Source: an uncultured Nitrososphaerota archaeon (GTDB lineage Archaea > Thermoproteota > Nitrososphaeria > Nitrososphaerales > Gagatemarchaeaceae). Taken from it: a stretch of DNA of 64,000 bases. Made by a program: the position numbers and the translations under genes. Location of the stretch: the NCBI GenBank assembly GCA_963718895.1, contig CAVRAG010000007.1:480001-544000 (forward strand), in the 5' to 3' direction. Below, piece by piece: positions 1 through 10,295 of the stretch (position 1 is the stretch's first letter; each line of letters starts with the position of its first letter). The notes below the pieces were generated by a model. It was not told where the DNA came from and searched no databases. It saw nothing but the letters and a program-made list of their open reading frames with translations.

Positions 1-144
1 TATGAGCGAGAGGGTAACAACGGCGATGAGCCTCCTCATGGTCTCAAGCAGGGTCTGCCGAGAGAAGTGCGTCGTCACGTCCAGAGTCACATAGGCGACC
101 ACGTACAGGACCGCCCAAGTCGACAGATCATCGACGATGGCCAT
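1..144 (-). CDS. Hypothetical membrane protein, runs off the window (element cargo)
   Basis: ATG at 144 gives MAIVDDLSTWAVLYVVAYVTLDVTTHFSRQ...LIAVVTLSLI, open to position 1, with hydrophobic segments. Confidence 0.55.
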   Translation of the reverse strand, partial: MAIVDDLSTWAVLYVVAYVTLDVTTHFSRQTLLETMRRLIAVVTLSLI

Positions 145-344
145 CCCCGTTCCCCTCCTCGATCTCCAGGAGGCGCAACCAAAGGCAGACTTTTACGACG
201 AAATCTTCAGCGTCTATCCAATCGTCTTCCATGGCGATGAGAAGCTTCAGGGCGGTGGGAAGGCGGCTTCTGGAGCTGAACTCCTTGAAGTGCCTCAAGC
301 AGAGCATCTTTGTCGTTCTTGCTTCCAGTCCCACTCGCAAGCAT
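128..344 (-). CDS. Small hypothetical protein (possibly one frameshift)
   Basis: ORF 128-340 overlaps the next gene start; an ATG at 344 in another frame could join it. Confidence 0.4.
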
Positions 345-450
345 CACCCCTATCACGATTATACCCGATATTCATGGTATATAACATTTATGACCGAAAA
401 TGCTGGCATAATCTTATATTCTGGAGCGGCAAGCGCATGCCATTAGAAAC

Positions 451-1194
451 ATGCCAGAAGAGACCCTCGTAGTCAACGGAAAGGAATACCTCTACTTCTC
501 ATTCTACGATTCTGCGACCAAACAGAAGAAGCGGCTATACTGCGGACCGAAGTCCGACCCCGAGGCCAAAAAGAGGGCGGAGCTGTTCGAGGAAAGGCAC
601 AAACTGGGCCAGCAACGAAGAAAAACGACGATCGGGCGTTATCTTAGAATCATGAGTCTGGGGGCCGAGGCCGCCATTTACAATACGGACGAAAGCAAGC
701 AAGCTATCCAATGCCTGGTCGATGCTTTTCCTGATCTCCAGTGGGTCGGGGGTGACTACACGGCCCTGTTCGGATGGCTCAACGGGGATGAGCGGATGCT
801 CGACAGGCTCGAAGGAGTTCGCCAGAAACTGCAGGATGACATGAAGAACATACAGGACGTCGAACCAAACTTCAGGGAATTCCTTCGAGAAGCATACCCC
901 GATTGGTTCAACCACGTCAGATATCGGAAGAGCGAAGATGAGCAGGAGAGGCCTGAACGGGATCCCGCATGGAAGTACCACATTGACCAGAGCCCGGGCA
1001 ACATCGTTCTCGAGATGCTCAAGGGCGGAATCGACGCACACGAACACGCTCTGATGCGAATCGACACCTCTCTGGGAATCGCGCGCAACAACCATCTGGA
1101 CGCGATTGTCGAAGCAATCGAATTCCTAGGCCTCACGAAAGCAATTACAGACTCAAGAGCGGTCTTTCGGGAGGCGCTTGAACTTGCGGCCTAG
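451..1194 (+). CDS. Hypothetical protein with an N-terminal MGE-type DNA-binding motif
   Basis: 247-aa ORF after an AT-rich promoter region; N-terminus NGKEYLYFSFYD...KKRLYCGP resembles the SSV1 D-335-like motif. Confidence 0.7.
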   Translation: MPEETLVVNGKEYLYFSFYDSATKQKKRLYCGPKSDPEAKKRAELFEERHKLGQQRRKTTIGRYLRIMSLGAEAAIYNTDESKQAIQCLVDAFPDLQWVGGDYTALFGWLNGDERMLDRLEGVRQKLQDDMKNIQDVEPNFREFLREAYPDWFNHVRYRKSEDEQERPERDPAWKYHIDQSPGNIVLEMLKGGIDAHEHALMRIDTSLGIARNNHLDAIVEAIEFLGLTKAITDSRAVFREALELAA

Positions 1195-1205
1195 CTCGTT
1201 ATCAA

Positions 1206-1514
1206 TCACTCAGTCGACGTTGACTCTGACTCATGTACTCTCGTACTCTTATTCAGCATTTCTGAAACGACCTTTCTTGTGCCAGCTTTGGCCCATTCCA
1301 CTTCCTCGTTGATCTGCTTTCTGCTCTTTGTCTGCTTTTGCAGTTTAGACGTCGTCGCTTCGAGCCTGCCGAGCCTTTCCTCCCCGTAAAGCATCTGCTT
1401 GATGGCAAACCGGATGAACTCGCTCTTCGTAGCGTACTCTCCGGCTTCGACCAGCATCTCTATCCTCTGCGAGTCTTTGTCAGGAAGGTTCAGGAGCAAC
1501 TTGCTTCCCATCAT
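1206..1514 (-). CDS. Ribbon-helix-helix (CopG/Arc/MetJ) protein, putative antitoxin
   Basis: KLLLNLP...IEMLVEAGEYATKSEFIRFAI is an RHH pattern; adjacent to a PIN gene. Confidence 0.8.
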   Translation of the reverse strand: MMGSKLLLNLPDKDSQRIEMLVEAGEYATKSEFIRFAIKQMLYGEERLGRLEATTSKLQKQTKSRKQINEEVEWAKAGTRKVVSEMLNKSTRVHESESTSTE

Positions 1515-1551
1515 CTATCACGTATAGGTAATGCATATACTTTACATATAT

Positions 1552-1965
1552 TTATGCCTTCAGAAGCTCCCTGGTCTTCCAGACCTTGAACCTTCCCTTC
1601 ACAACGTCGAAGTCTTTGTCGCTCGACCAGATGCCATCATGGTCCTTTAGGGTCAAGGCCAGAGCGACCAGAGGGATATCCGACTTGTCCCTCTTGCCTA
1701 TGAGCTCGTTGGCCTCGTTCAGTTTGCTCTCGATGATATCGTTGTTCGCGACCAGCACGGGCATCGACCTGATCAAGGCTTGAGCCTCAGAGCTGCCCAG
1801 CCGTCTCTTCGTGGTAACGATCCTGTAGATCTCCGCTAGAGTGAACTCGGTCGTGACGAATATGAGGTCGCCGGAGAAGAGAACCCTGTTCTCGAGGCCC
1901 CTGTATACCAGCGCGGAATAGAGCACCGTTGCATCCGCGAGCAGGACGCGAGGTCTGTAGGTCAT
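1552..1965 (-). CDS. PIN-domain (VapC-like) nuclease toxin
   Basis: LLADATVLYSAL, TLAEI, DKSDIPLVALA and IWSSDKDF carry the PIN acidic residues. Confidence 0.85.
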   Translation of the reverse strand: MTYRPRVLLADATVLYSALVYRGLENRVLFSGDLIFVTTEFTLAEIYRIVTTKRRLGSSEAQALIRSMPVLVANNDIIESKLNEANELIGKRDKSDIPLVALALTLKDHDGIWSSDKDFDVVKGRFKVWKTRELLKA

Positions 1966-1975
1966 GTGAACCCAC

Positions 1976-3211
1976 TCACGTCGGAAGTTTGACCACGACT
2001 TCGGAGTCCGGCAGCTGAGCGATGTACTCCCATCCCTGGCTTATGTGCGACTTCAGCTCGCCGACCGGGATCACCTTCTGCCTGTTCCCGTTGTTCGCCA
2101 TAGCCCCCAGCAGCCTCTCCCTGACCATCTTCTGGAACTCCTCGTCCGACGTGTCAGCGAAGTTGATCTTCTCGATCTCCTCGGGCTTGAAGCCGGCGAC
2201 GAGCAGGAGCTGCTCCTTCAGCTCGCTCTTGACGTTCGCCTTCTCCTGGTGCAGGATGGTGAGCGTGGGTATGCCCTTCGCATACTCCGCCATCAGTTCG
2301 TCGTTGGACGGCTTCATGTAGCTGTTTGAGACCCCTATGGAGTGTCCCATCAGTAGCTCGGTTATGATCGGCCTGACCCCGGCGACCTCCATCCTCGTCT
2401 TGAAGAACTTCCTGAAGCCGTGCACCTGCTGGAACTCGTGACGCAACCCCTCCTTGTCCGACCTCAGCCCTATGCGCGCGTAGAGCCGCCCCAGCTGGTC
2501 TCTCAGCGTCTTCGAGGTGACGGGCGCAGCCTTCGACGGGTCTTTGGCGCCCTTGTAGGTCCCCCAGTCGTCTCTTATCAGGGGGCTCTCGGGACCCACC
2601 TGCTCGCCGGCCTTCTCTCTCATGGCCCGGTACTCCTGCAGGTACTTGTAGCACTCCGGCGTCATGAAGGAATGGTACTGTTCGTTCTCCCCGTGGTACA
2701 CGGTAAGCTTGGCGAACTCGTAGTCCCCCAGCCTGACGGGCTCGAGGTCGCGCCACTTGAGCCAGTCGAAGGCCCCCATGCGCACGCCGCTCGAGGTCAG
2801 AACGAGGACGACGCACTTCATGCGCAGGTCGCAGCTGTCGAGGATCTTCCTCAGCTCGTCGGGAGTAGGCGCCCGGTCTGAGCCGTACCTCCTCGTGGGA
2901 GGAAGGATCTTGCCGATGCGGACCCAGTTGAGCGTGTCGGAGTCGTTCATCGACAGGAAGAGCCTAAGCGCGACCCTGAAGATGCGGATCGTGTGCCCCG
3001 AGACCTGCTCCTTCCGTGCCTGGATGTAGGAGGAGACGAGCCGTTCGGCCTTGGCGGGACTCTTCTTCGCTATGGCGACAAAGTCATCCGGTTTGACGCC
3101 GCAGGAATCGAAGAACATCCTGAGCTTTATGAGGTAGTTCTCCTCCGTCTGGTCGTTCCTGAAGGCCCGCTTCAGATTCTCGATAGACCGTCCTTCTAGC
3201 CCGTGCGACAT
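1976..3211 (-). CDS. Tyrosine recombinase/integrase
   Basis: SGVRMG, HGFRKFF, LMGH and SNSY give the R-H-R-H-Y catalytic set; ATG at 3211 with TTTTTATA about 30 nt upstream. Confidence 0.92.
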   Translation of the reverse strand: MSHGLEGRSIENLKRAFRNDQTEENYLIKLRMFFDSCGVKPDDFVAIAKKSPAKAERLVSSYIQARKEQVSGHTIRIFRVALRLFLSMNDSDTLNWVRIGKILPPTRRYGSDRAPTPDELRKILDSCDLRMKCVVLVLTSSGVRMGAFDWLKWRDLEPVRLGDYEFAKLTVYHGENEQYHSFMTPECYKYLQEYRAMREKAGEQVGPESPLIRDDWGTYKGAKDPSKAAPVTSKTLRDQLGRLYARIGLRSDKEGLRHEFQQVHGFRKFFKTRMEVAGVRPIITELLMGHSIGVSNSYMKPSNDELMAEYAKGIPTLTILHQEKANVKSELKEQLLLVAGFKPEEIEKINFADTSDEEFQKMVRERLLGAMANNGNRQKVIPVGELKSHISQGWEYIAQLPDSEVVVKLPT

Positions 3212-3273
3212 GGTTCCCGGCGGGATTGGGGCTGGAAACGTATAAAAATGTGGTGTTTGAGCGTATAGATAAG

Positions 3274-3390
3274 CGCCGGGAGTGGGATTTGAACCCACGA
3301 CCCCACTAAAGGAGACAGGCTCACTAGCGTGAAAGCTTCCAGGCTTACGCAAACGCTGATCTGCGCCCTTCCAGGCTAGGCGACCCCGGC
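3274..3390 (-). tRNA. tRNA-Ser(GGA) with two introns (29/30 at 3345-3360; 37/38 at 3322-3336)
   Basis: Acceptor stem GCCGGGG/TCCCGGC, discriminator G, long variable arm, GGTTCAAATCC T-arm; removing two BHB-flanked inserts restores CAGGC-CTGGAAA-GCCTG. Confidence 0.9.
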
Positions 3391-3584
3391 AGGAGGCCCC
3401 CTACGAACCTCGGCTTAAATGTCTGGGGGGTGCAACATGGGGTGCGATGGTTTGATGGGGCCCGAACCCGGAGGGATGGACGTCCGTCTGCAGGTCCGTG
3501 CAGAGGATCCTCGACCCCCGGGCCAGCAAGGGCAAGTTGGAATCGAACCGCCCGCCGCGCTCCCCCCGAAGAAAGGTTAGGGGT

Positions 3585-4007
3585 TCAATCGTCAGCGACT
3601 TCCAACACCATCTCGGTTCTATCTTCAGTCTCGGTGAGTCTCCCACAGTTGAACTGCCTGCACTGGGTAGGCCTCCTGTCTCGTTCGATCACGCAGCCGG
3701 ATTGAGGATTGTGGTACTGACACCACTCAGGGTCGATACCCTTGGCAAGAAGAGCATCCCACTGCGCTTCGTGGCCTTTCATGTGGACTTCCAACGGGTC
3801 GAACAGTGGTTCAACACCGTACTCCTCAGGGTGATCATGAAAACCTCGCGCCCATTCTTCGAACGAAGAAGGTCTGTCACGGGTGATGTCTTCGTCTCTG
3901 GCGTAGATCCTGCAGCAGGAGTGCGTCGGACACTCTCTGCATGTCTTCGCGTTTTCGTACTCCACGAGCGTTATGGTCGACGCGTCCCGTTGCTGTGAAG
4001 CGCTCAT
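3585..4007 (-). CDS. YkgJ-family Cys-cluster (Zn/Fe-S chelating) protein
   Basis: CxxCxxxxCC...C...C...RPxxCRxF motif. Confidence 0.7.
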   Translation of the reverse strand: MSASQQRDASTITLVEYENAKTCRECPTHSCCRIYARDEDITRDRPSSFEEWARGFHDHPEEYGVEPLFDPLEVHMKGHEAQWDALLAKGIDPEWCQYHNPQSGCVIERDRRPTQCRQFNCGRLTETEDRTEMVLEVADD

Positions 4008-4049
4008 GCCGATCCACCCGCAGCCCTAGTGCGTTGAGACGGTGCCACA

Positions 4050-5116
4050 TCAGAAGCCTTCAGGTATGTCGGACTCGTCAGATTCCTTGTGCTCTGACGC
4101 CTTCTTCCACATCTTCGGATAGGTCCCCTGGTCCATCATGACCCGCTTCACCGGGAAGGCAATCCCCTTCTTGGCTGCCCTGAGCACCTCCTCCGTGCTC
4201 ATCGAGGCCTCGGCTATGGCCACGAGCTCGCCCTTGGCAGACAGGAGGACGACCGTCTCGCCCTTCTCGATCCCCGTGGAGAGCGAGAGGATGCCCGGTA
4301 CCGCGAGCATCGCCCCGTGGCAGACCGCGTCCACCGCCGCGTCCTTCACCACGACCCTCTTGATCCCTCCGAGGCTGCTCTCGATGGGCCAGACGACGGA
4401 CCTGCGTATCCGGGACTCGTCGCCCGTTCCTTCATCCTGCAGACGGCGTGTAGAGGTCGTGCAGCGTGACGAAGCCCCTCTCCTCGGTCAAGGGTCCCAC
4501 CTTCGTCCGCCGAAGCTCGACCATCGTCGCGCCGACGGCGAGCACCTCCCCCATGTCGTAGATCAGCTTCCTGATGTAGGTCCCCGCCTGGCAGAGGCAC
4601 CTGATCAGGAAGAGGTTCCCCTTCTGCTCGAGGATCTCCATCTCGTAGATCCTCCGGCTCCTGACCTGCCGCTTCACCGAGGAGCGCTGCGGCGGCCTCT
4701 GGAATATCTCGTCCGTGAACTCCTGCGACGACGCGGTCCACCTCCTCCCGCGGGACGGAGGAGTGGATCCTCATCACGCCGACGTACTCCTTCGGGAAGA
4801 GGAGGAGGAGGCCGAGGGCCTTGGTCGCCCTGGCCCAGCCCGATCGGCAGGAGCCCAGAGACCCCGGGGTCGAGGGTGCCGCTGTGCCCCGCCTTGTCGA
4901 TCCCCGTCAGCCGCCTCACCCACGACGACCTCCTCGTGGCTCGTGGGACCGCGGGTCTTGTCGAGAGGGATGAGGCCGTAGTTGAGGTAGAGCGTTGATC
5001 GGTCTCTTCGCCGGCTCCGAGCCGTGGCTGCGGTCGGTCGGCTCCTCGGCTACGGTACCATCTCCCGATTCTCCGGCTGGGGTCAAGAGCGTCTTATCGC
5101 TGCTGATGTAGTCCAT
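4050..5116 (-). CDS. cbf5: RNA-guided pseudouridine synthase Cbf5 (frameshifted)
   Basis: GHSGTLDP, CQAGTYIRKL and ELRRTKVG motifs plus a C-terminal PUA domain, spread over several frames. Confidence 0.9.
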
Positions 5117-5652
5117 TGATCTCCTTGGCAACCTTCTCGGCGGCGACTCCGTCCGTCCCGACGACCAGCTGGAACGGCGAGAGGTCCCTTCCGAACTCGA
5201 TTCCGTAGAGGCTTCTTGTAGAGCACGTAGTTCTCCCTGTCCCTCTTCTCGATCATCTTGAGCGCACTCCTCTGGGGAGGAGGAGTCGCGCTTGGCCATC
5301 CTCTCGGCCCTGCTCTTCGGATTGCCCGAGAGCCAGACCTTGACGCCCTCCTTGGTGAGCCACGGGAGGGTGTAGCTGGTGATGACCACGTTCCCCTTCT
5401 CGCCCTTCTTGAGGAGGCGCCTGTCGACCTCCTTGTCGAACTTCGGGGAACCCGCTCCTCCTCCATGAACTTCATCCCCTCCGTCGGTGTCCCACCAGTC
5501 GTCGCCCGCCGCGTTGTACCCCTCCTCGAGGGCTATCTCCTTGAGGATGTCCCCGCCGCCGACGAGCGTGAAGCTTGAGCTTCGAGGCGATCGATCTTCG
5601 CGACGGTGGTCTTACCCACGGCGGGCATTCCGCAGAGCATTATGATCTGCAT
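5094..5652 (-). CDS. cmk: Cytidylate kinase (frameshifted)
   Basis: MQIIMLCGMPAVGKTT P-loop and VKVWL...RAERMAKRD; conserved position upstream of cbf5. Confidence 0.85.
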
Positions 5653-5663
5653 CCAAGGCTCCA

Positions 5664-6143
5664 TCACGTTGGGAGGTGCCCAGGAGCTTGCTCAGCAGGG
5701 TACAGAACGAGAGGGACGAGAGGAAGTACCACCAGATCAGGACCATGGTCCCGCTGGAGACGATGAACGGGATGGGAAGCGGCGAGTGGCGCCACGGCGA
5801 CGCAGATGCTGAGGACCTCCGAGCTGCTCCAGCCATGAAGTAGTAGACGAGCGATGAACGGGAGCCAGGTGACTATGAGAACCTTGAACCGCCCCGTCGA
5901 GGCCTTGAGCTTCATCTGGTCCATCTGGGGCTTCTTCTTCTTGAGCTTCTCCTCCTTCTCCTTGTCCTTCTTCTGTATCGCTTGCCTGAGCTCCTTGTCG
6001 AAGGCCGCCGTCTCGGCCCTCAGCCTCCTCTCCTTCTTCAGGTCGACCAGGAGCCTCGTGGCGACGTTGGACATGAAGCCGAGCCCGATCGCGGTGAGAG
6101 TGACTAGGATGGTCGACTCGGGGATACCGAGGGGCAGGCTCAC
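5664..6143 (-). CDS. EMC3/TMCO1 (DUF106) membrane protein (frameshifted)
   Basis: TM, Lys-rich coiled coil, further TMs and WWYFLSS; conserved between adk and cmk. Confidence 0.8.
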   Translation of the reverse strand: MSLPLGIPESTILVTLTAIGLGFMSNVATRLLVDLKKERRLRAETAAFDKELRQAIQKKDKEKEEKLKKKKPQMDQMKLKASTGRFKVLIVTWLPFIARLLLHGWSSSEVLSICVAVAPLAASHPVHRLQRDHGPDLVVLPLVPLVLYPAEQAPGHLPT

Positions 6144-6729
6144 TTGGTCGCACTCCTCACAATCGCCGCGTATCTGTTCCGCGGCTTCATCAGACTTTCC
6201 CTCCTCGTTCTGGATGAATGACATCGGGGCGCCGCTGACCAGCGAGGCCGCTGAGAGGAAGCGTCCTAGCGAGCGTCAGCTCCGCAGCAGACCTCGTCCT
6301 CGGTTATCTTGTCCCTGTACCTGGTCTTGTCGTTCTCTCGCCTGCGAGACGTATCTCCGCAGGGGCGGCCTCGATGAGCATGAGGTGCGTCGGCTTCAGG
6401 GCTGGATGACGGCCGAGGGGAAGCCCGGGCCAGAAGCCCTCGGGGGTCCTGATGAATAGGTGCGTGTCGATGAAGACGACCTTGCCCCTCCCGCGGCTTA
6501 TCTTCGCGCGGCGGCGCGTCCTGGAGGCTGCTTCTGCTTCTCGACGGGGAGCTTCCGCATCTCGTCCCTGTGCTTCACCCACTTCAGCCTCCTTCGCCGC
6601 GTCGAACATGCAGTCCCGAAGACTGGACGGCGGCGCCCTCGATGGCCTCGACTGACTTCTGGCCACGACGGTGCTCTTCCCCACCCCGGCGATCCCGACG
6701 ATGACTATGCGGAGACCCATGGGCATCAC
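6140..6729 (-). CDS. adkA: Archaeal adenylate kinase (frameshifted)
   Basis: GIAGVGKST and IDTHLFIRTPEGFWPGLP motifs. Confidence 0.9.
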
Positions 6730-8160
6730 CCGACGTCTGCCCCAGGACTCCCGCGAGCCTCGGCGAGAACTCCTCCAGCTGCTCCTTCACGAGCATCTGG
6801 TAGTACTGGAGTACGATGTCTACCATGAGCAGGAGGCCTATGCCCGTGCCGAAGACGCCGAAGACGTCCGAGATCGACGCGACCAGACCCGATGATGAGG
6901 CCTCCGATTATCGTGATTGGCGGGATGTACCGGTTGAGCACCTGCTCGAGGGAGAGGCCCGACCTCCTGAACCCCGGCACCTGGACGTCGGCGTTCATGA
7001 GGTTCTTCGCGACGGCCCTGGACGAGAGCCCACCTATTTCCACCCAGATCCTGGCGAACAGGACCGCGAACGTCACCAGGAAGCCGACGAAGATGAGAGC
7101 CCTGGACCGGGTCTGCCGCGGTGGCGGCTAGGCCCGTTGGGCGGCGAGATGTAGTAGACTAGGCCTCCGGTCGGGTTGCCGTTCGTGTCGTATCCTGAGA
7201 CGATGCAGTGGACCCAAGAGGCGGCCTCCAGCGTAGTTGGAGAGGAGCGCGTGAAGAACGGAGATGTTCGCGGTGAGCGCGGAGACCAGGATGACCGGGA
7301 TGTTAGAGACGTAGAGGAGCTTGATGGGATACACGCCCTGGAACCCCTTGAACTTGACAGAGGTGATCGGCACCTCCACCCTCATCCCCTCGATGTAGAT
7401 GATGAAGAGAATGACGGCGATGCTCATGACGAAGGTGAACAGGTCCGGGAACTGGTTCGGCCGGATGAAGACGATGCTCCCGCGGCCTGCTGGCTGAAGA
7501 GCGCTGATGAGCGCTGGGACGAAGCCGAAGATGACCGGTCGGGCCGCCTGTCTGGTTTGTCGTGCTGACGAGTTGGGGCGAGAAGGTGTACCACCATGAA
7601 GGTCTGCGCGACGCCGCCGAGGATGAAGAGGCTGATCCCGCTGCCGATGCCCCAGCCCTTCTGTATCATCTCGTCGAGGAGGAGGACCACCATGCTGGCG
7701 CAGAAGAGCTGGAAGAAGATGACTATGGCCTGGGTGCTCTGCGAGGGTGCCGAGCGCGCCGCCCAGGATGTACGCCCCGCACTCCACCGCGATGACGACG
7801 AAGGTGAGTATCTTGGTGGCCGTGCCGAAGAGCGCCCTGTCGTCCGGGTTCCCGAGGTCGAGCTTCAGGAGGTCGCTCCCCTGCAGCAGCTGGAGGATGA
7901 GCCCCGCCGTGACGATGGGGCCGATGCCGAGCTCCATCAGGGTTCCCTGGCTCGAGGCGAAGATTATCCTGAGGAACGCGAACTGGTCGGTCTGGTTGCC
8001 GAAGTGGAAGAGCGGGGTGATCGCCATCACCATGTAGAGGACCAGCGCGCCGCCGGTCCAGATGAACTTCTCAGAGAGGCTCGGGCTTCTTGCATTGGCT
8101 TCGGAATCTCTGGGAGGACGGTCGCAACGCTCTTGACAAAGTCTGCGTAATGAGAACCAA
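6726..8160 (-). CDS. secY: Preprotein translocase SecY (frameshifted)
   Basis: LMELGIGPIVTAG, GWGIGSGISLFI, YPIKLLYVSNIP and QVPGFRR motifs. Confidence 0.95.
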
Positions 8161-8181
8161 GGCTAGTTGCGAACTCCGGTC

Positions 8182-8596
8182 TCACTCTGTACGTATCTTG
8201 CCACCTGCTTCCTCAAGCTTCTGTCTTTGCCCTCTCGGTATATAAGAGACCTTCACGTTGAAGGCGCGCTTCACGTTCCCGGAGCCCAGCAGCTTCTCCA
8301 CGCCCATTGGCGGCAAGGTCCAGCGATGATGGGACCCTCCGTAGCTCCTGTCTCGGCGAATCGCCCGAGGTCGCCCACGTTGGCCCACTTCGAGACCTTG
8401 TGGCGCCGGGGCTATGAACGGGTCCCGCCCGAAGTGGTCCGGGTCGTTGATGTTGAGCCAAGACCACTTGTGCTTGTGCAGGCCGGCGTTGCCGTGCCCG
8501 CCCTGCTTTCCCGAGTGCCTGTGCTGTCCTATCTGGCCGTAGCCGTGCGTCCTCGAGCCGCGCATGCCTCCTCATCTTCCGAAGTCTGGTCGGCAT
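8182..8596 (-). CDS. rpl15: Ribosomal protein uL15 (frameshifted)
   Basis: RGSRTHGYGQIGQHRHSG...GNAGLHKHKW and KLLGSG motifs. Confidence 0.92.
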
Positions 8597-8598
8597 CC

Positions 8599-9070
8599 TT
8601 ACATCATCCTCCGGACCATATCTGGCAGCGTGGGGTTCTCGCCGAGGATTCCTCCCTCCCTGAACTGCCTCCGCGAGGAGCGCTTGAACCCTCCCTCGGG
8701 GCGGCGAGAGTCCGAAGAAGGGCTTCAGCCCCTGGGACCGACGAGAGGATGTGAACCTCTCCTTGATCATCTTCGAGGCCAGGTCTGAGTGGTCCTTGTA
8801 TCCCAACGGCTTCAACGCTTCCTCGTCCAGGGTCTTCGAGTTGCTTACCCGCCCCCTGGTCTTCAGGAGCGACCTGAGCAGCTCGGCGTCGACCTGGCTC
8901 CAGGCGACGTAGTCCTTGCAGAGGTGGAGCGCGCCCACCGTCGACGGGGTCGTCGCCGACGACCGTCGCGGCGAAGCGCTTCCCGATCCCCAGCTCGATG
9001 AGCGTGGTGCGCACCTCGGACCTCGGGTGTTTATCAGGCCGTGGAGGTTCACGACGAGAAGGCTAGTCAT
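8599..9070 (-). CDS. rpl30: Ribosomal protein uL30 (frameshifted)
   Basis: KDYVAW, LLKTRGR and KPFFGLSPPRG motifs. Confidence 0.88.
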
Positions 9071-9082
9071 TCTTCCAATCAC

Positions 9083-9716
9083 TCACACATTCAATCCTCT
9101 GGACTTTGAGAAGGCGTCGTAGACTGCGTTGGCGAGCGATGAGAGCGTGTCGGTGGAGCCGAACGTCCTTGACCCAGACGTCCTTGACCCCGGCGAGCGC
9201 GAGCAGGTTCGTCAAGTGCGGGGCCTGCGACCGTCCCGAGCGACCGTGGCGCCGGGCAGGAGCTCAACCCGGACGCTTCCCGCCTTGCCCCACGATCCTG
9301 TACGGGACAGAGTGCTTCGTGCCGCACCTGCACTCCCAGCTCCCGCATCCAAGCTGGACCGGAATGACGTTGAGAAGGGCGTCGTTGGTCGCCTTGTCGA
9401 TTGCGGACTTCATCTGTGCGGCCTTGCCCTTGCCCGACTCCGAAGAAGCCGTTCCCGTTCCCGACCGCCACCACAGCCCCGAACCGCGTGAGCTCTCCGG
9501 CGTCGGTCTGCTTCTGGACGATGCCGACGCAGACGACCTCCGATTTCAGGTCGGGGACCAGCTTCTTGACGATCTCGGGCTCCCTCAGCTTGAGGCCGAG
9601 CTGGAATATCTCGTCCAGCGAGGTCATCTTGCCCTCCTGGACCATGTTGCCGAGCTTGGTGCGCGGGACCCAGGGCGCCTCTTCCTCTGCTCGTCTCTCC
9701 TTCGACGGTCCGACAT
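9083..9716 (-). CDS. rps5: Ribosomal protein uS5 (frameshifted)
   Basis: VQKQTDAGELTRFGAVVAVGNGNGFFGVG and GCGSWECRC motifs. Confidence 0.93.
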
Positions 9717-10293
9717 CACTTGGCCCCCACTATCGCATCCTTGATGCGAGCATAGTTCTCGGCGTAATCCTCGGGCTTGAATCCCTTCTTGAGGAGCCCG
9801 GAGAAGCGCTTGTCGTAGACGCTCCTTGTCCTTGGCAAGCTCCTTGGCGTACTTCGCGATGTTCTCGCCCTTCAGCCTCTCCTCGGAGGGCATCGCCTCG
9901 TCCGCGAACGGGATCTGCACGCCAGCGTCGATGACGCCTTTGACGAACGCCGAGATCCTGGAGCCCTTGACGAAGGGCGCGACGCCGTTGTACAGGAACG
10001 CGCTTCTCCACTCCCTTCTCCTTGGCCTTCTTTCCCGCCCACAGCCCGAGCAGGTAGCAGGCGGGGACGTGACTTTAGCGAGCCCTTCCAGCCGAGCTTC
10101 GTGAGGCGTGGAGTGTGCGGATGCGAGGACCAGGTCGCCCTGTCACCGTTGGCTTCAGGAACTGGGCGCTGACGTTCTTGTTCGAGATCCTGACTGCTAG
10201 CAGGGTTCCTCTGGAAGAGATAGCCTTCCTGCGCGCGCCGTAGTTCGTCGCGCCGCTCCTCCTCCTCCGGTACATCGGAACATAATCTGCCAT
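9716..10293 (-). CDS. rpl18: Ribosomal protein uL18 (frameshifted)
   Basis: RRRRSGATNYGARRK...VRISNK and PSEERLKGENIA motifs. Confidence 0.9.
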
Positions 10294-10295
10294 TT

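Larger units (their letters stand above)
1..3273. mobile_element. Right end of an integrated element inserted at the 3' end of tRNA-Ser
   Basis: Tyrosine integrase directly downstream of the tRNA 3' end, followed by PIN/RHH and orphan ORFs; the distal att repeat was not found in the window. Confidence 0.75.

Noticed and set aside
3500-3590. GGTTCGATTCC T-loop-like motif on the minus strand near 3540-3550
   Set aside because: No acceptor stem, D-arm or anticodon arm could be built, and it does not match the tRNA-Ser 3' end as an att repeat
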